Shown: piece after piece, positions 10,734-19,276 of the stretch | Position numbering within the stretch: the first letter of the stretch is position 1 | Layout of the letters: each line of letters starts with the position of its first letter | Source: Kiritimatiella glycovorans | Lineage (GTDB): Bacteria; Verrucomicrobiota; Kiritimatiellia; Kiritimatiellales; Kiritimatiellaceae | Length of the DNA: 32,000 bases | Direction of reading: 5' to 3' | Assembly (NCBI RefSeq): GCF_001017655.1 | Contig: NZ_CP010904.1 | Location: 390,001-422,000 of the forward strand | Program-made: the position numbers and the translations under genes | Notes under the pieces: model-generated | What the model saw: the letters and a program-made list of their open reading frames with translations, nothing else | The model's database searches: none | Told to the model about the DNA's origin: nothing

Positions 10734-13367
10734 ATGCACGAAGGGAAGGAGTGCGCCGGAACGGACGGATTGGCGGTGCGGCGCGACGCGGGCATTACGC
10801 TGGTCGTCGTGCTCGGCGTGCTCGCGATGCTGACCCTGATGGCGATCCACTTCTCCGTCAGCATGCGCACGCAGCGGCTTATCACGCGTCAGCAGGTCCA
10901 CCAAACTCAGGCGGAGCAGCTCGTGCAGTCGGCCCTGGCGCGCTCGCTCATGGAAACGGAAAGGATCCTGCAGGCCCGCGAGCGGATCTACCCCGATTTC
11001 AGCGGACTGGACGGCGCCTCCAGCAATGTGCTGGTGTCCTTTCCGTCCTCGGGGGGCGGCCCGATGGGACCCGATGCCGGGTTCCCCGACTCGGCGTATC
11101 GGGATCATCTGCCCGCATCCGCCGAACCCGAGGCCCGCGCCGTGGCAAATACCGCCCGCTGGAATGAGATCGTCGACGGGGACGGCCGCGCGATCGGGCG
11201 GACGGGATATGTGCTGGTCGATCAGTCCGGGTTTCTCGATTTCAACGAAGTGTTCCGGGGGCCCCGTCAACGCGGCCTCTCCTCCGGCGAGATCCGCCTC
11301 GATCCCGGGCTTTTTCCCACGGAATTCGACACCCTCGCCCGCCTGCAGTATTTTCACGCGGCACGCTCCAACACCTGGAAGCGGTTTATGGGTCTGGAGG
11401 AACTTATCGGATCCGGAACGATCGTCGATTCCGAGTTCGCGCAGGCCTGGTCGTTTTTCCCCACCAACCGCTATCTCAATCCGTTTACCGGAAACACCAA
11501 CGAAGTCGTGGACCGGATCGTGCTGGACCAGGACCTGGTGACGTTCGACGTCGAGGTCGCCGATCCGGAGGATTTTCAGGAAGGCAACGGCATCACGATG
11601 ATCACCAAAACGGTGACGGCACCGCTCTGGGTCCGCAAGTACATGAAGGATGAGGAGAATTTCCAGGAGCGCGTCCTGACGGCCGTCGAGAATATGCTGG
11701 TCGACGCGGAGATCTACACGCGTGACGAACTGGACACGATGAGGAGCCAGAGCGATCTGGAGGGCGCGTCGAACCCCCTGGCTTATCCCCCGACCCAGAT
11801 CATCCGCCAGCTCATCTACTACAACCTCGGTCTCCAGCGTCCGTGGCGGTTCGCCGAAGAGCACGGGATGGGGAAACCCGAGGCCCACTGGAGCCGGAAC
11901 TCTCTGTTTAAGAACTGGCAGATCTGGCGCGGCCCGATGGTCAACGAGATCGTATTGGAAACCGATTACCGCGAGGATTACGAGGGGTCAACCAACGATT
12001 ATCTTTTCGCCCGCATCTCGGTCGAACTCTGGTACCCGTACAAGGGCCATATCGAGTACCCGGAAGCGGAAACCGAGGACGGAGAGTCCGGATACTTTGA
12101 ATACATCTTTCATGATCTCATATGCGGATATAACCAGTGGAGGGTCGTCGATTCGGGTGGTCCGCGGGCGGTGTGCAGGTGGTATATTGACCCCGACGGC
12201 TCTCAGCACGCCTGGACGGAACCCCGCTACGGCACGGCCCGTGTCCCTATCGACGTATCGGACGGATTCACCGGCGGAACGGGTTCCGATGCCTTTAAAG
12301 TCGGATCGCGTACCTTTGTGTTCGAAGTCGAGCAGCCACCTCCGTTCGCCATGAAATTCCAGCAGATCACCTCGCTGTACTACTATGAATCCGGAGGAAC
12401 CCGCAGGATGCTGATGGATTCGAATTCGAGCGGGACGGATCACGACCCGAACGCGCACGCCCATCAGTCGTTCGGGCGGGTGGATAGCAATATCGGCGAC
12501 CGCGGCTGGGAGATCGATTCAAATCCCGATGCAGGCACCTGGGTCACGGTGAGTCTCGAGGCGGAGGACCCGCGATTCAACAACGGGTTTCATCTGCTCT
12601 CGGGGTTAAATTGTGAGGAACGGCGTGACGAACACACCCTGGGAGAGATGAACACGCGCTGTACGTACATGGAACCGGGCCGCGACGGCGATCCGGATAT
12701 GTTCATGCCGCCCAAGCCGGAGGAGGAGAGCGGGAACTACGCCGATTTCGACGCCGGGCAGCCCGAACTGACGTCGCTCGCTCAGTTCGGCCATATCCCC
12801 TACCGCAGGGCGGAGGGGGGCGAATGGCGCACGATCCCGTTCGTCGGAGATCGCGCCGTGCCCGTCTTCAAGTACTTCCAGTTCAGCCGGACCAACACGG
12901 TCCCGACCCGGGGGCTGGTGAACGTGAACACCCCGCACGCGCCCGTGCTCGGCGCGGTGTTCGATTCGGTCCCGTATGTCGACTTCCCCGGGTTCTCGGA
13001 CACCAACCGGATGTCCACGGCATACGCACTGGGCCTGGCGCGAATGCTGGACCAGGTCCGCACCAATCGCAATGTGGCGGCCACGGCCGACCTCCTGCGG
13101 CAGTTCGATTACGACGATATCGAGCCGTTTCTGGATGAGAAGACGCGCAATAAGTGGGGCGCCGATTCGGTGATGGCTCACTCGTTCAACCTGCTCAACC
13201 CGCGCCAGAACCTCTTCACCATCCTGCTCGCCGCGCAGAGTACGGCACCGGACGATCCCTCGCAGGTGCTCGCCGAACGCCGGGCGGTGGCCCTCGTCTG
13301 GCGCGACCCGTTCCGCTCGCTCGATGGCCGCCACCGGACGGAGATCGTCTATTTCGAGTGGCTGTAA
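10734..13367 (+). CDS. giant GspK-like minor pseudopilin-type protein (877 aa)
   Basis: ORF 10653-13367. The operator-like site lies in the 5' extension, so ATG 10734 is the more likely start. N-terminal hydrophobic helix AGITLVVVLGVLAMLTLMAIHFSV. RGLVNVNTPHAPVLGAVF resembles the GspK NxNTA helix-hairpin-helix motif. The C-terminus QNLFTILLAAQS...RRAVALVWRD is GspK-like. The middle ~500 aa is unrecognised. Confidence 0.6.
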   Translation: MHEGKECAGTDGLAVRRDAGITLVVVLGVLAMLTLMAIHFSVSMRTQRLITRQQVHQTQAEQLVQSALARSLMETERILQARERIYPDFSGLDGASSNVLVSFPSSGGGPMGPDAGFPDSAYRDHLPASAEPEARAVANTARWNEIVDGDGRAIGRTGYVLVDQSGFLDFNEVFRGPRQRGLSSGEIRLDPGLFPTEFDTLARLQYFHAARSNTWKRFMGLEELIGSGTIVDSEFAQAWSFFPTNRYLNPFTGNTNEVVDRIVLDQDLVTFDVEVADPEDFQEGNGITMITKTVTAPLWVRKYMKDEENFQERVLTAVENMLVDAEIYTRDELDTMRSQSDLEGASNPLAYPPTQIIRQLIYYNLGLQRPWRFAEEHGMGKPEAHWSRNSLFKNWQIWRGPMVNEIVLETDYREDYEGSTNDYLFARISVELWYPYKGHIEYPEAETEDGESGYFEYIFHDLICGYNQWRVVDSGGPRAVCRWYIDPDGSQHAWTEPRYGTARVPIDVSDGFTGGTGSDAFKVGSRTFVFEVEQPPPFAMKFQQITSLYYYESGGTRRMLMDSNSSGTDHDPNAHAHQSFGRVDSNIGDRGWEIDSNPDAGTWVTVSLEAEDPRFNNGFHLLSGLNCEERRDEHTLGEMNTRCTYMEPGRDGDPDMFMPPKPEEESGNYADFDAGQPELTSLAQFGHIPYRRAEGGEWRTIPFVGDRAVPVFKYFQFSRTNTVPTRGLVNVNTPHAPVLGAVFDSVPYVDFPGFSDTNRMSTAYALGLARMLDQVRTNRNVAATADLLRQFDYDDIEPFLDEKTRNKWGADSVMAHSFNLLNPRQNLFTILLAAQSTAPDDPSQVLAERRAVALVWRDPFRSLDGRHRTEIVYFEWL

Positions 13368-13375
13368 AGCCGGGC

Positions 13376-13495
13376 CTGCGAAGCGGGGCCGGGACCGTTA
13401 TCTTCACGCGCCTGGTCTGCCGGGGGCAGGCGTGCGGCGCTACTACGAACGGGTGACGCGCCCTGGCCCTTCGGGCGCTTACGGCGCTACTACGA
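13376..13495 (-). repeat. REP-like palindromic elements (family B), tandem doublet: 13376-13448 and 13456-13495
   Basis: The reverse complement of 13376-13448 aligns with 20401-20475 at about 64/74 positions. Each unit ends in GGCGCTACTACGA (reverse complement TCGTAGTAGCGCC, a GTAG head) next to a GC-rich imperfect palindrome. The doublet fills the gap between convergent genes. Confidence 0.8.
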
Positions 13496-13511
13496 GCTTA
13501 TTTCTCCCCGC

Positions 13512-14843
13512 TTATTCATACTTTCCGGAGAGCCACAGCGGTTCGTGGTTATGGCGGTTCCACGCCTCCCAGCGGCGGCGCAGCTGGTCGACCCGCTCCG
13601 GATACTGCTTCGCGAGGTTGTGTTTTTCCTCGAGGTCCTGCTTCAGATTGAAGAGCCGGGCCGGATGCCCTTTGCGGAAAATGAGTTTCCAGTCGCCGTG
13701 ACGGATCGTGCGGAAGGAGCCGCGCCGCCAGCACAGCGTCTCGTGCGGCACGCCGTCGTTCCGGCCCGTCACGTACGGCACCAGGTCGACCCCCTCCAGC
13801 TTCCAGTCGGGATCGATCGACACGCCGGCCGCGGCCAGCGCGGTCGGCTGCACATCGAGCGTGCTGACGGGTTTCCGGTAGACCTTTCCGGCCGGAATAT
13901 GTCCTTTCCACTGCATCAGGTACGGTACGCGCAGGCCTCCCTCGAAGTGGGTGATCTTGGTTCCGCGCAGGGGATCGTTGACGGAGGTGTTGCTGTAGGT
14001 CGGCCCGCCGTTGTCGGAGATCAGGAAGATCAGGGTGTTCTCTTCAAGACCCAGCGCGCGCAGGTGATCCAGCGTTCTGCCGACCTCTTCATCGAGCGCT
14101 TCCATCATCCCTGCGAAAATGCGTCGTTTGGGGTCGCTGATCTCCGGGAACTCCTCCGCGTAGCCGGGCGGGGCCTCCTCGATCGGGCCGTGTTGATTGT
14201 AGAATGCGAGGTACAGGAACCAGGGCTGTTCCCGGTGGCGGTCGATAAAATCGCGCGCCCGCGCGCCGTACGCGAAGGTGCTGTAGTAGCCCTCCTCCTC
14301 CACCTTGCGCGGCTGCGGGTTGTCGTCCCGTGAGTCGAGAATGACCGGGGTGGTGTAGGAGCGCGAGTTCTCCAGGTTCCCGTAGTACTCATCGAAGCCG
14401 CGCTTCGTCGGCCAGTACTCCGGCTTGAATCCGAGGTGCCACTTGCCGACCATCCCGGTCGCGTAGCCCGCCGTCTTCATGCGGTCGGCCATGGTCCGTT
14501 CCGTGAGCGGAAGCCCGTATTCCTTCCAGTGCTGGCCCCACGGCGGGTTGGTCTCGTGCCCGACCCGCGTCTGGACGCGCCCGAGCATCAGGCCGGCGCG
14601 GCTCGGGCTGCAGAGGGAGTCGGTGACGTAGCCCTGGGTAAAGCGAATGCCGTTCGCGGCGATCGAATCGATGTTCGGGGTCGGGATCTGCGGATTCCCT
14701 TGGCAGCCGAACTCGCCGTAGCCGACGTCGTCCACGTAGATCAGCAGGACATTGGGCGGATCGGGCTGCTTCGCGACGGCCGTCCGGGCCAGGGCCAGGA
14801 CAAAGGCTCCGAGCATGAGAAGAGTTCTCTTGAAATCCATCAC
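13512..14843 (-). CDS. arylsulfatase-family sulfatase, Cys-type, Sec signal peptide
   Basis: Signal peptide MMDFKRTLLMLGAFVLALARTAVA. Formylglycine motif LCSPSRAGLMLGR. LISDNGG motif. GTG 14843 or ATG 14840 as start, with GAGGAG just upstream. Confidence 0.95.
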   Translation of the reverse strand: MMDFKRTLLMLGAFVLALARTAVAKQPDPPNVLLIYVDDVGYGEFGCQGNPQIPTPNIDSIAANGIRFTQGYVTDSLCSPSRAGLMLGRVQTRVGHETNPPWGQHWKEYGLPLTERTMADRMKTAGYATGMVGKWHLGFKPEYWPTKRGFDEYYGNLENSRSYTTPVILDSRDDNPQPRKVEEEGYYSTFAYGARARDFIDRHREQPWFLYLAFYNQHGPIEEAPPGYAEEFPEISDPKRRIFAGMMEALDEEVGRTLDHLRALGLEENTLIFLISDNGGPTYSNTSVNDPLRGTKITHFEGGLRVPYLMQWKGHIPAGKVYRKPVSTLDVQPTALAAAGVSIDPDWKLEGVDLVPYVTGRNDGVPHETLCWRRGSFRTIRHGDWKLIFRKGHPARLFNLKQDLEEKHNLAKQYPERVDQLRRRWEAWNRHNHEPLWLSGKYE

Positions 14844-14845
14844 CG

Positions 14846-15511
14846 CTACTCCTCTTCCCCGTGAAACAGCAGGTTGTCGTTTTCCTTGAGGTAGTCCTGT
14901 TTCAGCGCGCGGACGCTGCCGTCGAAGAACAGGAAATTCATGAACTCGCCGTGGCGGGGCGGCCAGGGGACGCCCGTTTTGTGTTCGTGATTATCGACGA
15001 AATTATCGGCCTGCATCCACCAGGATCCCTGCCATCGTCCGTTCGCGAACTGGCGCGTGTCGCCGCACAGGACGGTTTCGCGCGGACGGCGGATGGACGC
15101 CAGCGTAGGCGGAATCCGGGAGTGCGGTATGATATAGCGGTTCGGACCGAGATCGCCCATGCCGTGATGATGTTTTTCCCCGGGACATTGCAGGACGTCG
15201 TAGTCCTCCAGGTAGCCGCCGTCCACGAGCTGGTTGCGCCAGAAGCGATCGACGTTCCAGCTCCCCTGGTCCCATCCGAAATCGCCGAGCCAGGGCAGCC
15301 TGTTCTTGTGATCGGAGACGTGTTCCATGACGGCCACGCCGATCGTGCGCAGGTGCGACTGGCAGCGCGTCATCTGGGCCTGTTCCAGTCCCTTTTGGAT
15401 CGCGGGCACGAGGATCATCATCAGCACGGCCAGGATCGCGATCACCACGAGCAGCTCGACGAGGGTGAAGCCGCTTCGGCTGTGTTCCTCAATCCCGTGT
15501 CGCATCATCAT
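14846..15511 (-). CDS. prepilin-type N-terminal cleavage/methylation domain protein with C-terminal H-X9-DG motif
   Basis: GFTLVELLVVIAILAVLMMILVPA is the prepilin leader plus hydrophobic helix. HGEFMNFLFFDG is exactly H-x9-DG. The ATG overlaps the stop of the upstream sulfatase (ATGA at 15508-15511). Confidence 0.9.
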   Translation of the reverse strand: MMMRHGIEEHSRSGFTLVELLVVIAILAVLMMILVPAIQKGLEQAQMTRCQSHLRTIGVAVMEHVSDHKNRLPWLGDFGWDQGSWNVDRFWRNQLVDGGYLEDYDVLQCPGEKHHHGMGDLGPNRYIIPHSRIPPTLASIRRPRETVLCGDTRQFANGRWQGSWWMQADNFVDNHEHKTGVPWPPRHGEFMNFLFFDGSVRALKQDYLKENDNLLFHGEEE

Positions 15512-16980
15512 AATCCCAGTTCGCTCCAGACCGTGAGGCTGTCTTCGCTTCGCAGCCGTTCCAGGATATCGGCCATTTCCGACGCGCGGCCGGGCAGGTC
15601 GTCGTACAGATTGAAATCTTCCTTCCGGTCGAGCGAAAGGTCGTAGAGCTGGGCTTTGAGATCGGCGGCCGGCATGCGCTCGGCGCTCCGGTCCCAGTCC
15701 CCGTTGCCGGGATCGCCGATATAGAGATGCCGGTCGTAGCGCAGGGCGAGCACCCCGCTGCGCCCCTGAAGCACAAGCGGTCGCTCCGGGGCCTGAACCC
15801 CGGCATCCATCAGTGCGGGCAGTACGTCGTAGCTGTCCGGCGCGGCGCCTTCGGGGAGGGTTCGTCCCAGCAGCGTTGCGAACGAGGCCATCAGGTCCGT
15901 CAGGCAGACGACCGACGACGAACGTCCGCCGCCGGCGATCCGCGCCGGCCAGCTCACGAGGAACGGCACGCGCACGCCGCCTTCGAGGCAGTCGCCCTTG
16001 TTGCCGCGCAGCGGCGTGTTGGGGTTGTAGTTCTCGTCGCGCAGGTCGCCGTGCATCCTTCCGACCCCGCCGTTATCGCTCGCGAACACGATCAGCGTGT
16101 TTTCCCTCAACCCCCGCTGTTCCAGGTGGCGTATCACCTCGCCCACGGACCAGTCCAGTTCCATCAGTACATCGCCGTACGCGCCGGCGCGGCTCCTGCC
16201 CTGGAAGTCCTCGTGCGCAATGTGCGGCGAATGCGGCTTGGAGGTCGCGAAGTAAAGAAAGAACGGATCGCGGCGGTGATCGTCGATGAACCGTTCGACC
16301 CGTTCCACCAGGTCGCGGGTGACGTCCTCCTGCCGGTAGCGCGCCTGTTCGCCGCCCTCCATGGTGGGTTTCCCGCGCTCGGGCCAGACGACGCGTATGG
16401 GGTCGTCCGGGTCATGGTTCCAGACGTGATCGTTCTCCATATAGACGTACGGCGGGAAGAAGTGGCCGACGGGGAGGATGAAGGAATAATCGAAGCCGTG
16501 CGTGTTGGGGTTGGGTTCGATCGGCGGGTGGTTCCAGTCGATGTCCCGTTTGTCCTCCTCGGTGCCGAGTCCGATGTGCCATTTTCCGATGCAGCCCGTG
16601 GCGTAGCCCGCGTCGCGGAACATCTTGGGCAGCGTGTAGCGGGCGGGATCGATCAGCGAGGGCGCCTCGCCGACCACGCCCTTCTTGAGCCAGGTGCGCC
16701 AGGGGTAGCGGCCGGTGAGCATGGCGTAGCGCGTCGGGGTGCAGATCGCCGCCGGGGCGTAGCCGTCGGTGAACAGGATGCCCTCCGAGGCGAGCCGGTC
16801 GAGACTCGGGGTCGGGACGCGCCGGTTGCCGTAGCAGCCGAGGTCGCCGTAGCCGAGGTCATCGGTCAGGATGACGATCACGTTGGGCGCCCTGTGCCCG
16901 GCTTTCATCGCCAGGCCCCGCGAGGCGGAGAGGCCGATCGTTCCCGCGCCCATCGATTCAAGAAAATCTCTGCGTTTCAT
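15508..16980 (-). CDS. arylsulfatase-family sulfatase, Cys-type, Tat-type signal
   Basis: MKRRDFLESMGAGTIGLSASRGLA has the twin-arginine RRxFL motif. Formylglycine motif ICTPTRYAMLTGR. FASDNGG motif. Confidence 0.95.
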   Translation of the reverse strand: MKRRDFLESMGAGTIGLSASRGLAMKAGHRAPNVIVILTDDLGYGDLGCYGNRRVPTPSLDRLASEGILFTDGYAPAAICTPTRYAMLTGRYPWRTWLKKGVVGEAPSLIDPARYTLPKMFRDAGYATGCIGKWHIGLGTEEDKRDIDWNHPPIEPNPNTHGFDYSFILPVGHFFPPYVYMENDHVWNHDPDDPIRVVWPERGKPTMEGGEQARYRQEDVTRDLVERVERFIDDHRRDPFFLYFATSKPHSPHIAHEDFQGRSRAGAYGDVLMELDWSVGEVIRHLEQRGLRENTLIVFASDNGGVGRMHGDLRDENYNPNTPLRGNKGDCLEGGVRVPFLVSWPARIAGGGRSSSVVCLTDLMASFATLLGRTLPEGAAPDSYDVLPALMDAGVQAPERPLVLQGRSGVLALRYDRHLYIGDPGNGDWDRSAERMPAADLKAQLYDLSLDRKEDFNLYDDLPGRASEMADILERLRSEDSLTVWSELGL

Positions 16981-16992
16981 ACCTGTCCCTCT

Positions 16993-17745
16993 TCAGTTTT
17001 GCGTCGGGTCGGTGAGATTCTCGCCCGCGTGGTCGATGTAGACGTCGTCGAGGTAGATCGCGCGGTCGTCGACATCGCCCTTGACGAACCCGAACCGCGT
17101 GAAGTCCGTGCCCACGGAGTGGGGCAGGGCCTCGCGCACGAAATCGGCCTCCGTCAGGTGAAGCTCCGCCGAACCGTCTTCGGCGACAAGATGCACGTCT
17201 GCGTCCGCCTCGCCTTCATCGCCGTGACGGACGACCATCCACAGGCGATACCAGCGGCCGCTTTGAATTTTCATGCCCTCCAGAGGTTGACCGTCGGCGT
17301 CGGCGACCGGTTTGACGCCCGCCTCGCCGGAGTGTCGGAACCAGACCATCTGCTTGAGCGCGTTCGGCGTCTGAAAGTCCTGGTGCGAGACGCCGAATTT
17401 TACCGAGGTCGACGACTCGGCGCGGCCGAGGAAGAGGCGCATGAAGATTGTGCCGGTTCCGCGCGCGCCGCGGTCGATACGCAGCCGCTCCGCGTTCCAG
17501 AGGTAGTCGTGTTCTTCGCCGTTCCCCCTGCGGTAGAATTTGAGAATGCGGTTTTCGGGGTGCTCCGGATCGGTCATCGCCATCGCGCCCGTGAGTTCCG
17601 CATCCTTCACCGCCCAGCCCGCACGGCCGGCCACCGGTTCACCGTGGTCGTACGTGTCGAAGTCGTCGACCTTTTCCCACTCCGCGGAGCACGTCGCGGC
17701 GATGCCCAGTCCCAGCACGATCCCCGGTAAGAACTTTCGTTTCAT
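16993..17745 (-). CDS. secreted beta-sandwich (ConA/LamG-like) protein, uncharacterised family; paralog of 29497-30348
   Basis: Signal peptide MKRKFLPGIVLGLGIAATCSA. Motifs shared with the 29.5-kb paralog: W..VDDF[DE].Y, T[IL]FMR, FGV[ST], WY.LW.V, YLDDVYIDHAGENLTDP. SD GAGGGGGA upstream. 10-12 nt gaps to both flanking sulfatase genes. Confidence 0.8.
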   Translation of the reverse strand: MKRKFLPGIVLGLGIAATCSAEWEKVDDFDTYDHGEPVAGRAGWAVKDAELTGAMAMTDPEHPENRILKFYRRGNGEEHDYLWNAERLRIDRGARGTGTIFMRLFLGRAESSTSVKFGVSHQDFQTPNALKQMVWFRHSGEAGVKPVADADGQPLEGMKIQSGRWYRLWMVVRHGDEGEADADVHLVAEDGSAELHLTEADFVREALPHSVGTDFTRFGFVKGDVDDRAIYLDDVYIDHAGENLTDPTQN

Positions 17746-17755
17746 GATGTCCCCC

Positions 17756-19249
17756 TCATTCCTGCAGTTCCTTCAGACGTCGATCCAGCCGCTTCACGAC
17801 CTCCGGGTACTGATCGTACACATTCTGTTTCTGGTTGGGATCCTTCTCGACGTCGTAGAGCTGGCCGGGCGGGGCGTCGGGCAGCGGCTGTCCGTGTTCG
17901 TCGAGGCTGCTGTTTTCGAACTCGAGCCGCTTGTACGGGATGCCCCAGCGGATCTTCGGGTGGCCGCTCATACCGTGGGAGCCCTGCCTGGCCATATAGA
18001 CCCACTGGTCCGAGCGCAGGGCGCGGCCGAAGATACCCTCCATGATCATTTCGCGCCGGGCGGGTTCCGCCGTCCGCGGATTGAGCATGACGGGAAGCTG
18101 GTCGACGCTGTCCGGTCCGGCGCCTGCGGGCATGGTCACGCCGGCGGCCGAGCAGCAGGTCGCCATGATGTCCGTCAGCGACATCAGGGTGCCCGTCTCG
18201 ACTCCCGCCGGGATTTTCCCGGGCCAGCGCGCCATAAACGGGATCCGGACCCCGCCTTCCCACGCGTCGGTCTTCTGGCCGAGCAGATCCCCGTTGCAGC
18301 GGTGTCCCTTCGCGAGGGTCTTGCCCAGGTACACGCCGCCGTTGTCGCTGGTGAAGATGACGAGCGTATCCTCGCGCAGGCCCTTGCGGTCGAGCGCGTC
18401 GAGCACCCGCCCCACGCACCAGTCCAGCTCCTGGATGTAGTCGCCGTATCCCCCGCAGTCGCTGGTGCCCTGGAATCGTTCCGAGGGGGCGATGGGGATG
18501 TGGGGGGCGAGATAGGTGAGGTAGAGGAAAAACGGTTCGCCCCTGCGCTGATCTTTCACCCATTTTTCGGCGCGGTCGGCGAGGATGACGTCGACTTCAT
18601 CTTCCGGCCGCAGCTCGTGCGCGCGCTCGGCGCCGACGCTGATTCCGTGGCCGTACCCCTTGTCGGTTTCTTTGTTCGGGATGATGCGGATCGGGTCGTC
18701 GGGATCGAGTCCGACCACATGATGATTTTCGACAAAGACGAACGGCGGTTCGTTGTGGGTCCGCGGCGTGCCGAAGAAGTAGTCGAAGCCGATTTCGAGG
18801 GGCCCCGGCTTGAGTTCGCTGTTCCAGTCCACGGGCGTCGTGCGCCCGAAGCCGAGATGCCACTTGCCGATGCACGCGGTGCGGTACCCGGCATCCTTGA
18901 GCAGTTGCGGCAGCATGATACGGCCCGGGTCGAAGCAGAGATCGCCCTGCCAGGGTTTTCCGCGCCGCCACCAGTAACGGCCCGAGAGGATCGCGTAGCG
19001 GGTCGGCTGGCACACGGACGCCGGGGCGTGGGCATCCGTCCACACCGTGCCTTCTTCCGCGAGCCGGTCGATGCGGGGCGTCTTCAGCAGCTCCGCACCG
19101 AAGCAGCTCAGGTCGTTGTAGCCGAGATCGTCGGCCATGATGAAGACGATGTTGGGCTGCTTCGGAGCCCGCTGACCCGCTGCGCTGGCGTGGAGTCCGG
19201 CCAGCGTCCCCGCACCGAGCGCCGTGTGTAAGAATTCGCGTCGTTTCAT
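17756..19249 (-). CDS. arylsulfatase-family sulfatase, Cys-type, Tat-type signal
   Basis: MKRREFLHTALGAGTLAGLHASAA has the RRxFL motif. Formylglycine motif VCQPTRYAILSGR. FTSDNGG motif. Confidence 0.95.
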   Translation of the reverse strand: MKRREFLHTALGAGTLAGLHASAAGQRAPKQPNIVFIMADDLGYNDLSCFGAELLKTPRIDRLAEEGTVWTDAHAPASVCQPTRYAILSGRYWWRRGKPWQGDLCFDPGRIMLPQLLKDAGYRTACIGKWHLGFGRTTPVDWNSELKPGPLEIGFDYFFGTPRTHNEPPFVFVENHHVVGLDPDDPIRIIPNKETDKGYGHGISVGAERAHELRPEDEVDVILADRAEKWVKDQRRGEPFFLYLTYLAPHIPIAPSERFQGTSDCGGYGDYIQELDWCVGRVLDALDRKGLREDTLVIFTSDNGGVYLGKTLAKGHRCNGDLLGQKTDAWEGGVRIPFMARWPGKIPAGVETGTLMSLTDIMATCCSAAGVTMPAGAGPDSVDQLPVMLNPRTAEPARREMIMEGIFGRALRSDQWVYMARQGSHGMSGHPKIRWGIPYKRLEFENSSLDEHGQPLPDAPPGQLYDVEKDPNQKQNVYDQYPEVVKRLDRRLKELQE

Positions 19250-19276
19250 CCCTTCTCCTTAATAAATATCCACACT

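Noticed and set aside
15727-19231. Long plus-strand ORFs (667 aa and 563 aa) across the sulfatase operon
   Set aside because: They are antisense to three sulfatase genes and the lectin-like gene, all of which have strong family motifs, signal peptides and SD sequences. These ORFs are a high-GC artefact.
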